Part shown: in pieces, positions 11,262 to 24,432 of the stretch
How the letters are laid out: each line of letters starts with the position of its first letter
Numbering within the stretch: the stretch's first letter is position 1
Source of the DNA: Macrostomum lignano
Lineage: Eukaryota
Assembly: GCA_002269645.1 (NCBI GenBank)
Contig: NIVC01002648.1
Span: forward strand, 57,823-121,822
Direction of reading: 5' to 3'
DNA length: 64,000 nt
Made by a program: the position numbers and the translations under genes
The notes under the pieces: generated by a model
Seen by the model: the letters and a program-made list of their open reading frames with translations, nothing else
Databases searched by the model: none
What the model was told of the DNA's origin: nothing

Positions 11262-12590
11262 CAGGGGTCGGCAAAGCCCGCGAAACCTCTCTATCTCGGG
11301 CCTCGGGCTCTTTGAAACTTCACAATAGCAATCCGGCCCGCTCAAGGCTTGTCTCTTCTCAGCTCTTACCCTTCTCTATTCTCTCGTCTCTCATCCCCCC
11401 TGCTCTGTTCTCTTTTCTCTCGTCTCTCATCTCCCCTTCTCTATTCTCTTTTCTCTCGTCTCTCATCTCCCTTTCTCTATTCTTTCTTCTCTCGTCTCTC
11501 ATCCCCCCTGCTCTGTTCTCTTTTCTCTCGTCTCCCCTTCTCTATTCTCTTTTCTCTCGTCTCTCATCTCCCTTTCTCTATTCTTTCTTCTCTCATCTCT
11601 CATCCCCCCTGCTCTGTTCTCTTTTCTCGCGTCTCTCATCCCCCCTGCTCTGTTCTCTTTTCTCTCGTCTCTCATCCCCCCTGCTCTGTTCTCTTTTCTC
11701 TCGTCTCTCATCCCCCCTGCTCTGTTCTCTTTTCTCGCGTCTCTCATCCCCCCCTGCTCTGTTCTCTTTTCTCTCGTCTCTCATCTCCCTTTTTCTATTC
11801 TTTCTTCTCTCATCTCTCATCCCCCCTGCTCTGTTCTCTTTTCTCGCGTCTCTCATCCCCCCTGCTCTGTTCTCTGTTCTCTCGTCTCTCATCCCCCCTG
11901 CTCTGTTCTCTTTTCTCTCGTCTCTCATCCCCCCTGCTCTGTTCTCTTTTCTCTCGTCTCTCATCCCCCCCTGCTCTGTTCTCTTTTCTCTCGTCTCTCA
12001 TCCCCCCCTGCTCTGTTCTCTTTTCTCTCGTCTCTCATCCCCCCCTGCTCTGTTCTCTTTTCTCTCGTCTCTCATCTCCCTTTCTCTATTCTTTCTTCTC
12101 TCATCTCTCATCCCCCCTGCTCTGTTCTCTTTTCTCGCGTCTCTCATCCCCCCTGCTCTGTTCTCTTTTCTCGCGTCTCTCATCCCCCCTGCTCTGTTCT
12201 CTTTTCTCGCGTCTCTCATCCCCCCTGCTCTGTTCTCTTTTCTCGCGTCTCTCATCCCCCCTGCTCTGTTCTCTTTTCTCGCGTCTCTCATCCCCCCTGC
12301 TCTGTTCTCTTTTCTCGCGTCTCTCATCCCCCCCTGCTCTGTTCTCTTTTCTCTCGTCTCTCATCCCCCTTCTCTATTCTTTATCCTCTCTTTTTTCTCC
12401 TCTCTCCCCTTCTTTGTTCTCTCTTTTCCCTCGTCTCAACACTCTCCCATTTTATATTCTCTCTTCTCGTTTCTCTCATGTCTCCCATTCTCTAATCCCT
12501 CTATTCTATTTTTTCTCCTTTCCTCTCTCATCTGGCCCGCAGCCAAGAGCTGGATTATTTATCTGGCCCTCGAGGTAGAAAAAGTTTTCA
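11262..12590 (+). mobile_element. Non-autonomous hAT (Charlie-like) element with an internal CT-rich 36-bp minisatellite
   Basis: 5' end CAGGGGTCGGCAAA..., subterminal cggcccg motifs, degenerate 3' end tggccctcgaggtagaaaaagtt. Shares aacttcacaatag(c/a)aatccggcccgctcaag with 50620-50643. The 36-bp unit explains the MRDARKENRAGG ORFs. Confidence 0.65.
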
Positions 12591-12950
12591 ATACGGATAT
12601 GAAGTCAAATTTGAATTCCATCCACTTTCTTTTGACTTTCTGTACACAAGAAATTTCAGCATGCAACAGCAGATAGATTTAGTATTTTTATACAATCGAA
12701 AAATAACATTTGCACAATAAATTCGTAAAATATAGAGACAGAAAGCAAAATGTGTGGATTATTATTGATAGAGAATATCGACAAATCTGCTATTATCTTT
12801 AACTGCTTGTAAGGTTAACTACTTGCGTGAATGCTACTGAAGAAAAGAATGTTTTAAGTAGTATGGTTGACACTATCGGCTAGGATAAATCATAGTTATT
12901 TTAGAGGTACTGCATGATAATTCAGAAAAGATGGCGATCACTCGCTAAAT

Positions 12951-14450
12951 CCCAGATCCCCAGATTAAGCTACCACCATCCCAGATCCCCAGATTAAGCT
13001 ACCACCATCCCAGATCCCCAGATTAAGCTACCACCATCCCAGATCCCCAGATTAAGCTACCACCATCCCAGATCCCCAGATTAAGCTACCACCTCCCAGA
13101 TCCCCAGATTAAGCTACCACCCTCCCAGATCCCCAGATTAAGCTACCACCATCCCAGATCCCCAGATTAAGCTACCACCATCCCAGATCCCCAGATTAAG
13201 CTACCACCTCCCAGATCCCCAGATTAAGCTACCACCCTCCCAGATCCCCAGATTAAGCTACCACCATCCCAGATCCCCAGATTAAGCTACCACCATCCCA
13301 GATCCCCAGATTAAGCTACCACCATCCCAGATCCCCAGATTAGGCTTTCACCCTCCCAGATCCCCAGATTAAGCTACCACCATCCCAGATCCCCAGATTA
13401 AGCTACCACCATCCCAGATCCCCAGATTAGGCTTTCACCCTCCCAGATCCCCAGATTAAGCTAGCACCCTCCCAGATCCCCAGATTAAGCTACCACCATC
13501 CCAGATCCCCAGATTAAGCTACCACCTCCCAGATCCCCAGATTAAGCTACCACCTCCCAGATCCCCAGATTAAGCTACCACCCTCCCAGATCCCCAGATT
13601 AAGCTACCACCATCCCAGATCCCCAGATTAAGCTACCACCATCCCAGATCCCCAGATTAGGCTTTCACCCTCCCAGATCCCCAGATTAAGCTACCACCAT
13701 CCCAGATCCCCAGATTAAGCTACCACCATCCCAGATCCCCAGATTAGGCTTTCACCCTCCCAGATCCCCAGATTAAGCTAGCACCCTCCCAGATCCCCAG
13801 ATTAAGCTACCACCATCCCAGATCCCCAGATTAAGCTACCACCATCCCAGATCCCCAGATTAAGCTACCACCTCCCAGATCCCCAGATTAAGCTACCACC
13901 TCCCAGATCCCCAGATTAAGCTACCACCATCCCAGATCCCCAGATTAAGCTACCACCCTCCCAGATCCCCAGATTAAGCTACCACCATCCCAGATCCCCA
14001 GATTAAGCTACCACCTCCCAGATCCCCAGATTAAGCTACCACCCTCCCAGATCTCCAGATTAGGCTTTCACCCTCCCAGATCTCCAGATTAAGCTACCAC
14101 CCTCCCAGATCCCCAGATTAGGCTTTCACCCTCCCAGATCCCCAGATTAAGCTACCACCCTCTCAGATCCCCAGATTAAGCTACCACCCTCCCAGATCCC
14201 CAGATTAGGCTTTCACCCTCCCAGATCCCCAGATTAAGCTACCACCCTCCCAGATCCCCAGATTAGGCTTTCACCCTCTCAGATCCCCAGATTAAGCTAC
14301 CACCCTCCCAGATCCCCAGATTAGGCTTTCACCCTCCCAGATCCCCAGATTAAGCTACCACCCTCCCAGATCCCCAGATTAGGCTTTCACCCTCCCAGAT
14401 CCCCAGATTAAGCTACCACCCTCCCAGATCCCCAGATTAGGCTACCCATT
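12951..14450. repeat. 29-bp minisatellite (cccagatccccagattaagctaccaccat), about 51 copies
   Basis: Direct reading. Variant unit ...gattaggctttcaccct is enriched at the right end. Confidence 0.95.
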
Positions 14451-14619
14451 AAGCTATCCTAACTATAACGCTTACATGTAACCTCAAATTAAGCTATTTA
14501 GATTGCTTTTTAGTATTGCGAAATTTTTGACTTATCAAAAAACTTCGAAAAATAAAAATCCTTTTTTTCTACTTGCAGTAGCTGAAATATTGCAGACTTT
14601 AAATTTAGGCCTGTTCTCA

Positions 14620-17600
14620 TCACAAAACCGACACCCCCGTAGTGTTGGGAAACAGGCAGGCCAGCAAGCTGCCCAGAGTCATCAGGCCGGCCGCTGAGAT
14701 CAAAGGCCCGGCGCAGCCGGCGTCAATTAGAGCGCCAAACATCAGGTTGCTAAGCAACGAAGCCACGCGAGACAGAGCGCCGGAGACGCCTAGCGCGGTA
14801 GATCGTAGTCCAGTTGGCAGCAGCTCAGTTGAGACAACTCCCAGAGCATTCCAACCGCTGGCTGACAGGCCGGCAAAGGCGCAGGACAGAGCCAGGGCCT
14901 GCCACTGAACCCGGACTGTGGCTACTAGGAATACGCTGACCGCAGTGAGCAGCATGCTGGCTGACAGGATGGTCCGCCTGCCCAGCCGGTCCATCAGTAC
15001 AATCTAAATGGGAAATAACAATAAATCTCAAGGCTTTTTTAGCTACTGCAAGTAGCATAATGAGAGAATTACAGGAAGAAAGTATTTGGTGTTGGAATAG
15101 TTATAATAGCACTTAATACAAAAGCTGTGGGAAATGACAAGGTATGGGAATTGACAAGGTGTGGGAATTTAACAAGGTGTGGGAATTTAACAAGGTGTGG
15201 GAATTGACAAGGTGTGGGAATTGACAAGGTGTGGGAATTGACAAGGTGTGGGAATTGACAAGGTGTGGGAATTAACAAGGTGTGGGAATTGACAAGGTGT
15301 GGGAATTGACAAGGTGTGGGAATTGACAAGGTGTGGGAATTGACAAGGTGTGGGAATTGACAAGGTGTGGGAATTTAACAAGGTGTGGGAATTGACAAGG
15401 TGTGGGAATTGACAAGGTGTGGGAATTGACAAGGTGTGGGAATTGACAAGGGGTGGGAATTTAACAAGGTGTGGGAATTTAACAAGGTGTGGGAATTGAC
15501 AAGATGTGGGAATTGACAAGGTGTGGGAATTTAACAAGGTGTGGGAATTAACAAGGTATGGGAATTGACAAGGTGTGGGAATTTAACAAGGTGTGGGAAT
15601 TAACAAGGGGTGTGGGAATTGACAAGGTATGGGAATTGACAAGGTGTGGGAATTGACAAGGTGTGGGAATTGACAAGGTGTGGGAATTGACAAGGGGTGT
15701 GGGAATTGACAAGGTATTTGAATTGACAAGGTGTGGGAATTGACAAGGTGTGGGAATTTAACAAGGTGTGGGAATTTAACAAGGTGTGGGAATTGACAAG
15801 GGGTGTGGGAATTGACAAGGTGTTTGAATTGACAAGGTGTGGGAATTGACAAGGTGTGGGAATTGACAAGGTGTGGGAATTGACAAGGTGTGGGAATTGA
15901 CAAGGTGTGGGAATTTAACAAGGTGTGGGAATTGACAAGGTGTGGGAATTGACAAGGTGTGGGAATTGACAAGGGGTGGGAATTTAACAAGGTGTGGGAA
16001 TTGACAAGGTGTGGGAATTGACAAGGTGTGGGAATTGACAAGGTGTGGGAATTTAACAAGGTGTGGGAATTAACAAGGTATGGGAATTGACAAGGTGTGG
16101 GAATTTAACAAGGTGTGGGAATTAACAAGGGGTGTGGGAATTGACAAGGTATGGGAATTGACAAGGTGTGGGAATTGACAAGGTGTGGGAATTGACAAGG
16201 TGTGGGAATTGACAAGGGGTGTGGGAATTGACAAGGGGTGTGGGAATTGACAAGGTGTTTGAATTTAACAAGGTGTGGGAATTGACAAGGTGTGGGAATT
16301 GACAAGGTGTGGGAATTGACAAGGTGTGGGAATTAACAAGGTGTGGGAATTTAACAAGGTGTGGGAATTTAACAAGGTGTGGGAATTTAACAAGGTGTGG
16401 GAATTTAACAAGGTGTGGGAATTTAACAAGGTGTGGGAATTGACAAGGTGTGGGAATTAACAAGGTGTGGGAATTGACAAGGGGTGTGGGAATTGACAAG
16501 GGGTGGGAATTTAACAAGGTGTGGGAATTTAACAAGGTGTGGGAATTGACAAGGGGTGTGGGAATTGACAAGGTATGGGAATTGACAAGGTGTGGGAATT
16601 GACAAGGTGTGGGAATTGACAAGGTGTGGGAATTGACAAGGTGTGGGAATTGACAAGGTGTGGGACAAGGTGTGGGAATTGACAAGGTGTGGGAATTGAC
16701 AAGGTGTGGGAATTTAACAAGGTGTGGGAATTGACAAGGTGTGGGAATTGACAAGGTGTGAGAATTGACAAGGTGTGGGAATTTAACAAGGTGTGGGAAT
16801 TAACAAGGTATGGGAATTGACAAGGTGTGGGAATTTAACAAGGTGTGGGAATTAACAAGGGGTGTGGGAATTGACAAGGTATGGGAATTGACAAGGTGTG
16901 GGAATTGACAAGGTGTGGGAATTGACAAGGTGTGGGAATTGACAAGGGGTGTGGGAATTGACAAGGGGTGTGGGAATTGACAAGGGGTGTGGGAATTGAC
17001 AAGGTGTTTGAATTTAACAAGGTGTGGGAATTGACAAGGTGTGGGAATTGACAAGGTGTGGGAATTGACAAGGTGTGGGAATTAACAAGGTGTGGGAATT
17101 TAACAAGGTGTGGGAATTTAACAAGGTGTGGGAATTTAACAAGGTGTGGGAATTTAACAAGGTGTGGGAATTTAACAAGGTGTGGGAATTGACAAGGTGT
17201 GGGAATTGACAAGGTGTGGGAATTGACAAGGGGTGTGGGAATTGACAAGGGGTGGGAATTTAACAAGGTGTGGGAATTTAACAAGGTGTGGGAATTGACA
17301 AGGGGTGTGGGAATTGACAAGGTATGGGAATTGACAAGGTGTGGGAATTGACAAGGTGTGGGAATTGACAAGGTGTGGGAATTGACAAGGTGTGGGAATT
17401 GACAAGGTGTGGGACAAGGTGTGGGAATTGACAAGGTGTGGGAATTGACAAGGTGTGGGACAAGGTGTGGGAATTGACAAGGTGTGGGAATTGACAAGGT
17501 GTGGGAATTTAACAAGGTGTGGGAATTGACAAGGTGTGGGAATTGACAAGGTGTGGGAATTGACAAGGTGTGGGAATTGACAAGGGGTGGGAATTTAACA

Positions 17601-20600
17601 AGGTGTGGGAATTTAACAAGGTGTGGGAATTGACAAGGTGTGGGAATTGACAAGGTGTGGGAATTTAACAAGGTGTGGGAATTAACAAGGTGTGGGAATT
17701 GACAAGGTGTGGGAATTTAACAAGGTGTGGGAATTAACAAGGGGTGTGGGAATTGACAAGGTATGGGAATTGACAAGGTGTGGGAATTGACAAGGTGTGG
17801 GAATTGACAAGGTGTGGGAATTGACAAGGGGTGTGGGAATTGACAAGGTGTTTGAATTGACAAGGTGTGGGAATTGACAAGGTGTGGGAATTGACAAGGT
17901 GTGGGAATTGACAAGGTGTGGGAATTGACAAGGTGTGGGAATTGACAAGGTGTGGGAATTGACAAGGTGTGGGAATTGACAAGGTGTGGGAATTAACAAG
18001 GTGTGGGAATTTAACAAGGTGTGGGAATTTAACAAGGTGTGGGAATTTAACAAGGTGTGGGAATTGACAAGGTGTGGGAATTGACAAGGTGTGGGAATTG
18101 ACAAGGGGTGTGGGAATTGACAAGGGGTGGGAATTTAACAAGGTGTGGGAATTTAACAAGGTGTGGGAATTGACAAGGGGTGTGGGAATTGACAAGGTGT
18201 GGGAATTGACAAGGTGTGGGAATTGACAAGGTGTGGGAATTGACAAGGTGTGGGAATTGACAAGGTGTGGGAATTGACAAGGCACAAAACATGCCATAAG
18301 ATTAGGCTCAAACCAAAAACTAGGACAATAACAATACATTTCGCTAGAAGGCACTCACAGACAGCAGATTTCCAGGCAGGTTGCTGGCATTCACCAAGAA
18401 GCTCTCCATGTAGGGCCGGCTGGCGGACAGCACCTGGGGACTGCAGGCGTTGCTATCGCTGTCGTTAAAAGCTGAGCTGCCGTTGATCCCGGAGCCCAGA
18501 CTGCAAGCGGAGCCGCCATAGGCTTCTACTCGTTTGAACAGTTCGGGAAACCACAGCAGCAAGCCATAGTAACCAAATGCAAGGCTGAATTGAACTCCAA
18601 TGAGCAGCAGCACTGGGCGGCGGTGACGGCGGGAGAACAGGTCCAGCAGGCTGCGCAGCATCTGGGCGCAGCGCCCCATGCGACTGCGCGGCGGGCGCGA
18701 CACCGAACTGCGCATGAACACCCGGCTGAAGGCCTGCGGGGTGTTCAGTGTGGGCTTTCTGTAATGGGATGTCTAGTAAGGGATTTCCGGAGTGGGATTT
18801 CTACTAGGGGTTTCCAGTGTGGGATTTTCCAGTGTGGGAATTCCCAGTGTGGGATTTCCCAGCTAGTGTGGGATTATCGAGTGTGGGATTTTCCAGTGTG
18901 GGATTTTCCAGTGTGGGATTTTCCAGTGTGGGATTTTCCAGTGTGGGATTTCCCAGTCACGGGATTTTCCAGTGTGGGATTTTCCAGTGTGGGGTTTTCC
19001 AGTGTGGGATTTTTCAGTGTGGGATTTTCCAGTATGGGATATTCCAGTGTGGGATTTCCCAGTGTGGGATTTCCCAGTGTGGGATTTCCCAGTCACGGGA
19101 TTTTCCAGTGTGGGGTTTTCCAGTGTGGGATTTTCCAGTGTGGGATTTTTCAGTGTGGGATTTTCCAGTGTGGGATTTCCCAGTGTGGGATTTTCCAGTG
19201 TGGGGTTTTTCAGTGTGGGATTTTCCAATGTGGGATTTTTCAGTGTGGGATTTTCCAGTGTGGGATATTCCAGTGTGGGATTTCCCAGTGTGGGATTTCC
19301 CAGTGTGGGATTTTCCAGTTTGTGAGATTTTCTAGTGTGGGATATTCCAGTGTGGGATTTTCCAGTGTGGGATTTTCCAGTGTGGGATTGGGAATGTTAG
19401 AGTGGGAATATGGAAAAGCAAATATGGGATCTTGAGCTTCGGTTTCTATCCATGCAATGTCTCTGCAAGAATGAGTGCTTCTGGGGTTTCCAATATGGGA
19501 TTATGTTATGTAGAGACACGATTAGGGAATGAGGAAAGCATTATAATAAATAATAGTCATACCGGAACTTCTTGTATGCCGTTTCCAGCAGCCACTCGGT
19601 TCATGAGGGCGGTGGCTTCGTCAACGCGGCCCATCTGCAAGGGTTAAACTAATTTGTTAGAGGCTGTAGGTGAGCGATTAAGAGCCAAATTTCAGGTAAT
19701 CCTGAACTACCAGAGACAATCCTGAACTATCAGAGACAATCCTGAACTACCAGAGACAATCCTGAACTACCAGAGACAATCCTGAAATACCAGAGACAAT
19801 CCTGAACTACCAGAGACAATCTTGAACTACCAGAGACAATCCTAAACTACCAGAGACAATCTTGAACTACCAGAGGCAATTCTAAACTACCAGAGACAAT
19901 CCTGAACTACCAGAGACAATCCTGAACTACCAGAGGCAATCCTGAACTATCAGAGACAATCCTAAACTACTAGGAACAACCCTGAACTATCGGAAACAAT
20001 CTTGAACTACCAGAGGCAATCCTGAACTATCAAAGACAATCCTGAACTACCAGAGACAATCTTGAACTACCAGAGACAATCTTGAACTACCATAGACAGT
20101 CCTAAACTACCAGAGACAATCCTAAACTACCAGAGACAATCTTGAACTACCAGAGACAATCTTGAACTACCAGAGACAATCCTGAACTACCAGAGACAAT
20201 CCTAAACTACCAGAGACAATCCTGAACTACCAGAGACAATCCTAAACTACCAGAGACAATCCTGAACTACCAGAGACAATCCTGAACACAGAGGCAATCC
20301 TGAACTATCAGAGACAAACCTGAACTATCAGAGACAAACCTGAACTATCAGAGACAATCCTAAACTACCAGAGGCAATCCTGAACTATCAGACACAATTC
20401 TGAACTACCAGAGACAATCCTGAACTATCAGAGGCAATCCTGAACTATCTGAGACAATCCTGAACTACCAGAGACAATCCTGAACTACCAGAGACAATCC
20501 TGAACTACCAGAGACAATTCTGAACTACCAGAGACAATCCTGAACTACCAGAGACAATCCTGAACTATCAGACAATGAGACAATCCTGAACTACCAGAGG

Positions 20601-23600
20601 AAATCCTGAACTATCAAAGACAATCCTGAAGTACCATAGAAAGTCCTAAACTACCAAAGACAATCCTGAAGTACCATGAACCACCCTGAACCATCGGAGA
20701 CATTCCTGAACTACCAGAGACAAATCTGAAGTGCAGCAGACACTGCTAGACTAGCACACAAAGAGACACACAAAGACAATCCTGAACTACCAGAGCACCC
20801 CTCTCACCTGCAGGAGATACTTGGGACTCTCAGGCACGCAGGGAAACAGCGCAGCTGACGTCAGACTTGGCAGGCTGCACAACGCCACAAACAGTCGCCA
20901 GGAATGAAAAGGCACACTCCCGCCAAACAGGTTGAACGGGGTCCAGCCAGGCCGAGGCACAACAAGCCAGGCTCCCGCTGCCGTGATCAGCCCGCCGAGC
21001 ATCCAGCAGCACGACAGAGCGGCCACCGCGGCGCCACGACGCCTCCTAGACTGCCACTCGGAATAGTAGGAGAAAATGACGGGATAAGAGCCGCCAACGC
21101 CCAATCCGGACAAGAACCTCAACGCTAGGAAGGTCCAGAAGTTTGGCGCCAGGCAGGACGCCAGACCGCCTGTGGCGTTCACCGTCAACGACCAGATTAG
21201 CGTCGCTCGACGACCAACAGCGTCGCCTGCGGCACCCCAGAGCAGGCCGCCGACAAGCATGCCAGCAAAGATTACAGCGTTCAATGCGCCTTTGTCGAAG
21301 CTGGTGAGCCCCAGGTCGCACTCGGCAGCTGGCAGGATGAAGGAGACGCAAACGATTTCTACGGCATCGGAGGTGCAGGCCCAGGCGCACAGGGACATCA
21401 CGGCCAGGTGGAGACGGCCGTAGCCAGCTTGGTCCAGAGCGGTCTCGATGTCCACGTCTCCGTCCTTGCCGGCGACCACTGAGGCTGCGTCTGCCGGTTT
21501 GATGGGGGAAGATATGCTGGCTTAGCAACTGACACTCTGGGAGGCTGGCCCAGCAACTGACACTCTGGGAGGCTGGCCCAGCAACTGACACTCTGGGAGG
21601 CTGGCCCAGCAACTGACACTCTGGGAGACTGACCCAGCAACTGAGGATCTGGGATGCTGGCCCAGCAACTGAGGATCTGGGATGCTGGCCCAGCAACTGA
21701 GGACCTGGGAGGCTGGCCCAGCAACTGAGGATCTGGGAGGCTGGCCAAGTAACTGACACTCTGGGAGGCTGGCCCAGCAACTGAGGATCTGGGATGCTGG
21801 CCCAGCAACTGAGGATCTGGGATGCTGGCCCAGCAACTGAGGATCTGGGAGGCTGGCCCAGCAACTGAGGATCTGGGATGCTGGCCAAGTAACTGACACT
21901 CTGGGAGGCTGGCCCAGCAACTGACACTCTGGGAGGCTGGCCCAGTAACTGAGGATTTGGGAGGCTGGCACAGTAACTGACACTCTGGGAGGCTGGCCCA
22001 GCAACTGAGGACCTGGGAGGCTGGCCAAGTAACTGACACTCTGGGAGGCTGGCCCAGCAACTGACACTCTGGGAGGCTGGCCCAGTAACTGAGGATTTGG
22101 GAGGCTGGCCCAGTAATTGACACTCTGGGAGGCTGGCCCAGCAACTGAGGACCTGGGAGGCTGGCCCAGCAACTGAGGACTTGGGAGGCTGGCCCAGTAA
22201 CTGACACTCTGGGAGGCTGGCCCAGTAACTGACACTCTGGGAGGCTGGCCCCCCACGCAATGGTTTAAAATCTTAAATCCTACGAAAAGAAACTGTTAAA
22301 TATCCAAAATCCTACAAAAGCAACGGTTTAAAAATCCCAAATACTACAAAATCAACGGTTTAAAAATCCCAAATTCTACCAAAGCAAGGGTTTAAAAATC
22401 CCAAATCCTACAAAAGCAACGGTTTAAAAATCCCAAATCCTACAAAAGCAACGGTTTAAAAATCCCGAATCCTACAAAAGCAACGGTTTAAAAACCCCAA
22501 ATCCTACAAAAGCAACGGTTTAAAAATCCAAAATCCTACAAAAGCAACGGTTTAAAAATCCCAAATCCTACAAAAGCAACGGTTTAAAAATCCCAAATTC
22601 TACAAAAGCAACGGTTTAAAAATCCCAAATTCTACAAAAGCAACGGTTTAAAAATCCCAAGTCCTACAAAAGCAACGGTTTAAAAATCCCAAATTCTACA
22701 AAAGCAACGGTTTAAAAATCCCAAATCCTACAAAAGCAACGGTTTAAAAATCCCGAATCCTACAAAAGCAACGGTTTAAAAATCCCAAGTCCTACAAAAG
22801 CAACGGTTTAAAAATCCCAAGTCCTACAAAAGCAACGGTTTAAAAATCCCAAATTCTACAAAAGCAACGGTTTAAAAATCCCGAATTCTACAAAAGCAAC
22901 GGTTTAAAAATCCCAAATTCTACAAAAGCAACGGTTTAAAAATCCCGAATTCTACAAAAGCAACGGTTTAAAAATCCCAAGTCCTACAAAAGCAACGGTT
23001 TAAAAATCCCAAATTCTACAAAAGCAACGGTTTAAAAATCCCGAATTCTACAAAAGCAACGGTTTAAAAATCCCGAATCCTACAAAAGCAACGGTTTAAA
23101 AATCCCAAGTCCTACAAAAGCAACGGTTTAAAAATCCCAAGTCCTACAAAAGCAACGGTTTAAAAATCCCAAATTCTACAAAAGCAACGGTTTAAAAATC
23201 CCAAGTCCTACAAAAGCAACGGTTTAAAAATCCCAAATCCTACAAAAGCAACGGTTTAAAAATCCCAAGTCCTACAAAAGCAACGGTTTAAAAATCCCAA
23301 ATTCTACAAAAGCAACGGTTTAAAAATCCCAAGTCCTACAAAAGCAACGGTTTAAAAATCCCAAATCCTACAAAAGCAACGGTTTAAAAATCCCAAGTCC
23401 TACAAAAGAAACAGTTTAAAAGTTTAAAACTTCGGACTTTAAATAGAGCAGGCAGTCCGAGTGTCTCACCAACAAAGGAAGTTTCATTGATATCTCTAAA
23501 ATTAAAAATACTCTTTTCCCATTCTTCAGAGAAATGTTCTGTTGGACCTAAATAGAGAAACGCATGTTAGTAGTATGAGGAACATTATAGGTAAAATTAC

Positions 23601-23963
23601 AAGAAATGTTTGAAAGTCTTCGTGTATAGCAACTATAAGTGTTGCTGAATATGCTAAACCGCACCACCTGCAATCTCTAGCTCTGCCTTTCGAGCTCCAA
23701 TTCTTATCGGATAGATAAACAAGCATATGTGGTATGCTTTTAGCATACTGGCGCAAATTCAACGCAATATGCATGTACGTAATACGAGCGTAATATGAAA
23801 GGTTAACAATGCTAAGCAAGCAAAATTCTTTAACGGTAAATGTATTATACTTTTATCTAAGCTAACTCCAAGCTTGAACTTTTCCAATCATTTATTACGT
23901 ACCATCGGATATTAGCGGCCTCTCATCGCTAGGCGCTTCATCGCTATGGTAACTATCAAACAT
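14620..23963 (-). CDS. SV2: SV2-family (synaptic vesicle glycoprotein 2-like) MFS transporter, 6 exons, ~550 aa
   Basis: Exons 23963-23903, 23547-23470, 21490-20808, 19634-19563, 18733-18359, 15003-14620; all GT-AG and phase-consistent, 1653 nt. Motifs DAVEIVCVSFILP, GDAVGRR, WRLFVALCSLPS, PESPKYLL, FGYYGLLLWFPELF, MDRLGRR, STELLPTGLRSTA. Exons 1-2 are less certain than exons 3-6. Symbol is family-level. Confidence 0.88.
15130..18283. repeat. 17-bp minisatellite (ggtgtgggaattgacaa), about 180 copies, in SV2-like intron 5
   Basis: Direct reading, with irregular higher-order blocks. Explains all SIPTPCQFPHLVNSHTL ORFs. Confidence 0.97.
18795..19388. repeat. 15-bp minisatellite (agtgtgggattttcc) in SV2-like intron 4
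   Basis: Direct reading. Confidence 0.95.
19700..20660. repeat. 20-bp minisatellite (cctgaactaccagagacaat) in SV2-like intron 3
   Basis: Direct reading. Confidence 0.95.
21525..22250. repeat. 28-bp minisatellite (agcaactgacactctgggaggctggccc) in SV2-like intron 2
   Basis: Direct reading. Reverse complement of the array at 31030-31250. Confidence 0.95.
22262..23410. repeat. 32-bp minisatellite (cctacaaaagcaacggtttaaaaatcccaaat) in SV2-like intron 2
   Basis: Direct reading, period 32 (tacaaaag at 22441 and 22473). Confidence 0.95.
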
Positions 23964-24117
23964 GCCGGCTGGTTAACATTTACGATTTGGTGACTGCGGG
24001 CACAGAAAGGAGCAATATTTTCCAATAGAAACATGCTAATTCTTCTTGGGGTGTTGCTATTAGTAGTCTATGAGCTATCTTAATGAAATGGAGCTTACTC
24101 AGGGACCACGCCTTAAA

Positions 24118-24432
24118 GAGGGAGAGAGGATATAGCGGCCCATTCAAGGACCACTGAAGAGAGGATATAGCGGCCCATTCAAGGACCACTGAAGAGAGGA
24201 TATAGCGGCCCATTCAAGGACCACTGAAGAGAGGATATAGCGGCCCATTCAAGGACCACTGAAGAGAGGATATAGCGGCCCATTCAAGGACCACTGAAGA
24301 GAGGATATAGCGGCCCATTCAAGGACCACTGAAGAGAGGATATAGCGGCCCATTCAAGGACCACTGAAGAGAGGATATAGCGGCCCATTCAAGGACCACT
24401 GAAGAGAGGATATAGCGGCCCATTCAAGGACC
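24118..24432. repeat. 35-bp minisatellite (gaagagaggatatagcggcccattcaaggaccact), about 9 copies, between AKR and SV2-like
   Basis: Direct reading. Confidence 0.95.

Noticed and set aside
9086-22260. Long ORFs at 9086-10794, 11240-12676, 15069-18354, 18590-19435 and 21046-22260
   Set aside because: They are stop-free translations of tandem arrays in several frames; most lie in introns of the SV2-like gene.
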